Assembly: GCA_963825135.1 (NCBI GenBank)
Contig: CAWGRW010000009.1
Span: 1,280,001-1,344,000, forward strand
Direction: 5' to 3'
DNA from: an uncultured bacterium
GTDB taxonomy: Bacteria; Desulfobacterota_D; UBA1144; Nemesobacterales; UBA2774
Length of the DNA stretch: 64,000 nucleotides
Part shown: positions 58,936 to 64,000 of the stretch, in pieces
Layout of the letters: each line of letters opens with the position of its first letter
Numbering within the stretch: position 1 is the stretch's first letter
Position numbers and translations under genes: made by a program
Notes under the pieces: generated by a model
Databases searched by the model: none
What the model saw: only the letters and a program-made list of their open reading frames with translations
Told to the model about the DNA's origin: nothing

Positions 58936-60912
58936 ATGATAGTCTGGATTATTTTGATACCACTGTTCGGCGCGATGATCAACGGGCTTTTTTTTGCTTC
59001 GGGGTTCTGGAAGAAATACCTCCGCGGCGGCGAACATACGGAAAGGACGGTCGTGAGCATAGTAGGGTGCGGCGTAGTGCTCGTATCCGCGCTCATATCG
59101 TCGGTTCTTTTTTTCAGGCTCCTGTCCCTGGATCCTTCCCGGAGAGAGATAATACAGAACCTTTTCGTATGGATACGGTCCGGCAGCTTTACCGTAAGCT
59201 TCGAGCTTCTCTTCGATACCCTGTCGTGCGTAATGGCGCTTATCGTCACATGGGTCGGTTTCCTGATACACGTCTATTCGGTCGGATACATGCATCACGA
59301 CGAGGCTTACTCGAAGTACTTCGCTTACCTGAACATATTTATTTTTTTCATGCTCACCCTCGTCCTCGGGAACAGCTTCCCGCTCATGTTCGTCGGCTGG
59401 GAGGGGGTAGGGCTCGCCTCCTTTCTCCTGATAGGGTTCTGGTACGAGAATCCCGAGAACGCCGATGCCGGAAGGAAGGCGTTTATCGTCAACAGGATCG
59501 GAGACTTCGGGTTCATTCTCGGAATATTCCTCATATTCTTCGTATTCGGTTCCGTCAATTATCAGGAGGTATTCGGGAAGGCCTCGGACCCCGCATTCAT
59601 GAGCGCAGTCCCCGCAGTCGTTATGACGGTCATTGCCCTCCTTCTCTTCGTCGGAGCGGTCGGCAAGTCGGCGCAGATACCTCTTTATGTATGGCTCCCC
59701 GACGCAATGGCTGGCCCCACCCCCGTAAGCGCGCTCATACATGCGGCTACGATGGTCACCGCCGGCGCCTACATGATCGCCAGGTGTAACGTAATTTATT
59801 CCCAGTCTCCCACAGCGCAGATGGTCGTCGTCACCATCGCGGCCCTTACCTCGTTCCTCGCGGCCACTATAGCGATCACCCAAAACGACATCAAGAAGGT
59901 TCTCGCGTATTCCACCATTAGCCAGCTCGGCTACATGTTCATGGGGATCGGAGTTGGGGCCTATACCGCCGGCTTATTCCATCTTGTAACCCATGCGTTC
60001 TTTAAAGCCCTGTTGTTTTTAGGGTCGGGAAGCGTGATACACGCGCTCTCGGGCGAGCAGGACATTAGGCACATGGGCGGGCTCAGGAAATTCATACCGA
60101 CCACGGCAATCACGTTCCTGATCGGAACGCTCGCCATAGCCGGCATCCCCTTTTTCTCGGGCTTTTTCAGCAAGGACGGCATACTGGGCGCCGTCTACGA
60201 ACGCGGTTACTCCATACACTGGCTGATCGGCCTCGTCACGGTCATACTGACGGCACTGTACATGGGCAGGCTCTACCTCCTCACTTTCGAGGGCAAATCC
60301 AGGGTCGCCAACAAGATACGGGGCCATATACACGAGTCTCCCCTGACAATGACCATACCTCTTATGGTACTCGCTTTCCTTTCGATCGCGGGGGGGTATA
60401 TGGGTGTTCCCGAGTTCATGGGAGAGCTCGTGGGGATACACGAATCGAACCTCTTCGATAAGTTCGTTTCCTCGTCTATATCTATGGATAATTTCGTTTC
60501 AGCCGGGCATCATTTATTCAGCCATACGACGCTGATAATATTCTCGATAACGGCCGGCGTCGCCGGCATCGCAGCCGCCTGTTATTTCTATTACTTTAAG
60601 CCCTCGCTTCCCGAGAGGATAGCCTCTGACAAGACAATCGAGCCCCTCTACGAGGGCTCGCTCCACAAATGGTACGTGGATGAGCTCTATAGCTATGTTT
60701 TCATTCAGCCGTTCAGGTACCTCTCCGAGCAGGCCTCGAAATTCGATATCAGGTTCATAGACGGGGCCGTAAACGGAGTCGCCGATGCCTTGAAGGAGAT
60801 GGCGTTTACACTCCAGGCCGCCCAGAGCGGGGCACTCCGCAGCTACGCCACGCTTATGGCCATCGGGGCTTTCGCCATACTGGTATTCATCATTGTCTGG
60901 CATAGTCTTTAA
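58936..60912 (+). CDS. nuoL: NADH-quinone oxidoreductase subunit L
   Basis: GWEGVG, NRIGD, KSAQ.PL.VWLPDAM.GPTPVSALIHAATMV, DIKKVLAYST.SQLG, HAFFKA. Confidence 0.95.
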   Translation: MIVWIILIPLFGAMINGLFFASGFWKKYLRGGEHTERTVVSIVGCGVVLVSALISSVLFFRLLSLDPSRREIIQNLFVWIRSGSFTVSFELLFDTLSCVMALIVTWVGFLIHVYSVGYMHHDEAYSKYFAYLNIFIFFMLTLVLGNSFPLMFVGWEGVGLASFLLIGFWYENPENADAGRKAFIVNRIGDFGFILGIFLIFFVFGSVNYQEVFGKASDPAFMSAVPAVVMTVIALLLFVGAVGKSAQIPLYVWLPDAMAGPTPVSALIHAATMVTAGAYMIARCNVIYSQSPTAQMVVVTIAALTSFLAATIAITQNDIKKVLAYSTISQLGYMFMGIGVGAYTAGLFHLVTHAFFKALLFLGSGSVIHALSGEQDIRHMGGLRKFIPTTAITFLIGTLAIAGIPFFSGFFSKDGILGAVYERGYSIHWLIGLVTVILTALYMGRLYLLTFEGKSRVANKIRGHIHESPLTMTIPLMVLAFLSIAGGYMGVPEFMGELVGIHESNLFDKFVSSSISMDNFVSAGHHLFSHTTLIIFSITAGVAGIAAACYFYYFKPSLPERIASDKTIEPLYEGSLHKWYVDELYSYVFIQPFRYLSEQASKFDIRFIDGAVNGVADALKEMAFTLQAAQSGALRSYATLMAIGAFAILVFIIVWHSL

Positions 60913-61059
60913 AGCGGGTCTGAATTCTCTCCTGCCCGGATGACTCGTAATCTCTCGGCATGTATTCCTTATAGTAAGACGACCTGTTCGGAAACGCTCC
61001 GCGCTCCGCTCAAATTGCACAGTCGATTTTATCGGATGATTTTTTTGCCGCACCGGGCA

Positions 61060-61099
61060 TAAAAAAAGGCGGCGACTCTTCTCGGAGCCGCCGCCTTTT
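61060..61099. terminator. Bidirectional intrinsic terminator between nuoL and glnA
   Basis: AAAAAAAGGCGGCG-loop-CGCCGCCTTTT. Confidence 0.8.
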
Positions 61100-61130
61100 A
61101 AATCTTTCATACGCCGTGGGGCGTTTTTGT

Positions 61131-62597
61131 TTACACGTCGAAGTAAAGTTTGAACTCGTAGGGCACGGGTCTCAGCTTTACGGGGTTTACTTCCTTATCG
61201 ATCTTGTACTCGATCCAGGTCTCGATAACGTCTTCGGTGAAGACATCGCCCTTCATAAGGAATTCATGGTCGTTCTCGAGCGCCTTCAAGGCGTCTTCGA
61301 GCGATCCCGGTACGTTCGGGATGCCTGCCAGCTCCTCGGGTCCCAATGCGTATATGTCCTTATCGAGCGGCTCACCCGGGCTGAGCTTCTTCTCAATTCC
61401 GTCGAGTCCCGCCATAAGCATGGCGGAAAACGCGAGGTAACCGTTACACGAAGGGTCCGGGAACCTGCACTCGAGCCTCTTCGCCTTCGGGCTCGGGGAG
61501 TACATGGGGATCCTGATCGCGGCGCTCCTGTTCCTTGCCGAGTAGGCCAGGTTAACCGGGGCTTCAAAACCGGGCACGAGCCTCCTGTAGGAATTCGTTA
61601 TCGGGTTCGTAAATGCGCATATCGCCCTTGCGTGCTTCAGGATGCCGCCTATATAGTTCATAGCGAGGTCGCTCATGCCCGCGTAACCGTTACCGGCGAA
61701 AAGCGGTTTGTCCTTTTTCCATATCGATTGGTGAACGTGCATGCCGGAGCCGTTGTCTTCGAAAAGGGGCTTGGGCATGAACGTAACCGTCCGTCCGAAC
61801 TTTTTCGCTACGTTTTTGATCACGTACTTATACCACATCATCTGGTCCCCCATCTGTACCAGCGGGGAGAACCTCATGTCGATTTCGCACTGGCCCGCCG
61901 TGGCTACCTCGTGATGGTGGGCCTCGATCTCGATTCCCAGTTTCTCAAGCACTACCACCATTTCTGAACGCATGTCCTGGAACGTATCGGACGGCGGAGT
62001 GGGGAAGTACCCTTCTTTATGCCTCGGCTTATAACCCAGATTCGGGTTTTCGTCCCTTCCGGAATTCCATATACCTTCGATCGAATCAACGAAGTAATAA
62101 CCGCTGTTTGATGTCTGGTCGTACCTTACGTCGTCGAATATAAAGAACTCGAGCTCGGGTCCGAAAAACGCGTTATCTCCGATGCCGGTGCTTCTCAGAT
62201 AGGCCGCGGCCTTCTTCGCTATGTTGCGCGGGTCGCGGGAATAAGGCTCGCGGGTAATCGGGTCTACTATATCGCATATAATAGCTATGGTCGAGTGTGT
62301 CATAAACGGATCGATTCTCGCTGTTTCGGGATCGGGGATAACAAGCATGTCGCTCGCGTGGATCGACTGCCATCCTCTGATACTCGATCCGTCGAACCCG
62401 AGACCGTCTTCGAAAATACCCAGATCGAACACGTGTGCGGGAACGCTGAAATGCTGCCACATCCCCACGAAATCCAGAAATCGCAGATCGACGATTTCCA
62501 CACTGCTGTCTTTAATCATTTTTAATACATCCGAGGGTTTCTTGGGAAACATCACCTCTGATCCTCCTTTGCTCTTGGACGTTCTTGCTGTGGGCAT
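61131..62597 (-). CDS. glnA: Glutamine synthetase type I (start may be 62552)
   Basis: FDGSSI.GW, HHEVA, FMPKP..DNGSGMH, RL.PG.EAP, NRSA.IRIP, D.Y adenylylation site. Confidence 0.97.
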   Translation of the reverse strand: MPTARTSKSKGGSEVMFPKKPSDVLKMIKDSSVEIVDLRFLDFVGMWQHFSVPAHVFDLGIFEDGLGFDGSSIRGWQSIHASDMLVIPDPETARIDPFMTHSTIAIICDIVDPITREPYSRDPRNIAKKAAAYLRSTGIGDNAFFGPELEFFIFDDVRYDQTSNSGYYFVDSIEGIWNSGRDENPNLGYKPRHKEGYFPTPPSDTFQDMRSEMVVVLEKLGIEIEAHHHEVATAGQCEIDMRFSPLVQMGDQMMWYKYVIKNVAKKFGRTVTFMPKPLFEDNGSGMHVHQSIWKKDKPLFAGNGYAGMSDLAMNYIGGILKHARAICAFTNPITNSYRRLVPGFEAPVNLAYSARNRSAAIRIPMYSPSPKAKRLECRFPDPSCNGYLAFSAMLMAGLDGIEKKLSPGEPLDKDIYALGPEELAGIPNVPGSLEDALKALENDHEFLMKGDVFTEDVIETWIEYKIDKEVNPVKLRPVPYEFKLYFDV

Positions 62598-62635
62598 ACT
62601 TTTACGGCTCCTCCTGTGGTTTAAAATTCAAAGAA

Positions 62636-63019
<384 letters not shown>

Positions 63020-63080
63020 TTATCTAAAAGCTTTTCAATCAATAATAATAGGGGTTTATAATAGCCGCGCCCCGCGTAAG

Positions 63081-63097
63081 TGCCTAAAACTTAAGCA
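63081..63097. promoter_or_regulatory. Putative NtrC-like enhancer site
   Basis: TGCCT-AAAACTT-AAGCA (TGC-N11-GCA), about 80 bp upstream of the glnB -12 element. Confidence 0.5.
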
Positions 63098-63461
63098 AAG
63101 CATCCCAAAAATTAATCATAAATCCGGTGTGTTTGAATCATTATTGAAATATCCTTCGTAGATTGTGATTGTTCAGGACCCGGAAAATGATTGCTCTCCC
63201 TCTATATGTCATTATGCGGGCTTGTCTATTAAATACGGAGGGGGGCGGTCTGAATTTGGCCTTCCACTGAAAAAAAATGTTCTGCGCCGGGATAGGATGC
63301 CTTACTTGAATTTTCTCGGCTCCGTCTGAGCAACTGCGCATTGATTTCATATTGTTGACGATTTTTGTCAGGTTCACGGGCCGGGATACGACGACATCAT
63401 GGTGAATATAGTATAATAATTACAGCGTGTTATCATCGATCGGTGTCCCCCCCGGCGCATG

Positions 63462-63477
63462 TGGCATGATATTTGCA
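63462..63477 (+). promoter_or_regulatory. Sigma-54 promoter upstream of the PilB/MshEN-like gene
   Basis: TGGCATG-ATAT-TTGCA, 20 nt before ATG 63498. Confidence 0.65.
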
Positions 63478-63497
63478 CCCATCTACATATTGTGAGA

Positions 63498-64000
63498 ATG
63501 CATCTGGCAAAGCTGCTGGTCAGGGAAGGTTTAGTCAGCGTCGAGCGGATAAGGGAAGCTATAGAACACGGCAGGGAATCCGGATGCGAAATGGGAGAGG
63601 CGTTGGCGGATCTGGGTTATGTTTCGGAATCCCGCCTTGTCGAGCTCCTGGCAAAGGAATACGGTGTTCCGGCTATGGATATTGACGGCTGTGAACCCGA
63701 TGAAGGCGTCCTCGGGCTCGTTCCGGTAGAAACCGCTCTTGAAAAATTTCTGGTTCCCATAACCGTAGACGGCTCCGATTTAATCATCGCGATGTCCGAT
63801 CCCTCGGACATATTACTCCTGGACGACCTGGGGTTTATAACGGGTAAGAATATTAAACCCGTAGTGGCGCCATACAGGTCGATCAGGGATAAATTGAGCA
63901 AATATTACCGGGAAAAGGATGTTGCCGGTTCCGCTCCGGGGGGAGAATTATCAGAAGAATCGGGGTTACAGGACAGACCGAGTGCTTCTTTCTCTTCTCA
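63498..64000 (+). CDS. GspE/PilB N-terminal (MshEN-type) domain protein, truncated by the window end
   Basis: Manual translation: MHLAKLLVREGLVS...MGEALADLGYVSE...LVP...LIIAMSDPSD..LLDDLGFITGKNIKPVVA; frame open to the window end. Confidence 0.8.
   Translation, partial: MHLAKLLVREGLVSVERIREAIEHGRESGCEMGEALADLGYVSESRLVELLAKEYGVPAMDIDGCEPDEGVLGLVPVETALEKFLVPITVDGSDLIIAMSDPSDILLLDDLGFITGKNIKPVVAPYRSIRDKLSKYYREKDVAGSAPGGELSEESGLQDRPSASFSS

Noticed and set aside
58813..61967. Long antisense ORFs over nuoL and glnA (and similar ones across the window)
   Set aside because: Shadow frames of well-conserved genes caused by codon bias

Overview
Bacterial chromosomal segment with moderately high GC. 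Gene content and protein style suggest a Desulfobacterota/Myxococcota-related lineage, possibly Ca. Dadabacteria (inference, not a database result). No rRNA, tRNA, CRISPR array or recognisable mobile element. Much of the window is housekeeping: leuB, truA, thiI, nadE, gltBD, bioBAF, lsrF-like, polA, argC-like, a sigma-70 factor, nth, nuoJKL, glnB-glnA and a truncated PilB/MshEN-type gene. The notable part is 1.3-28.2 kb, a candidate cell-surface protein sorting and glycosylation system. It has two paralogous secreted proteins of unknown family behind tandem near-consensus promoters. The larger one ends in a Pro/Thr linker, a GGSC motif, a hydrophobic helix and RRRKK, resembling a MYXO-CTERM-like Cys sorting signal. 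Nearby are a myxosortase-like CPBP intramembrane protease, an extended S41 protease, a TMTC-like transferase, and a dense cluster of lipid-carrier glycosylation genes (two GT2/DPM-type synthases, GtrA, PMT/GT39, PIG-V-like, ALG6/8-like and two paralogous unknown GT-C-like proteins). Other oddities: bioB apparently starts at an ATT codon; the ArgC homologue lacks its HRH active-site motif and is linked to an adenylating enzyme and an ACP; divergent sigma-54 promoters serve glnB and the PilB-like gene.
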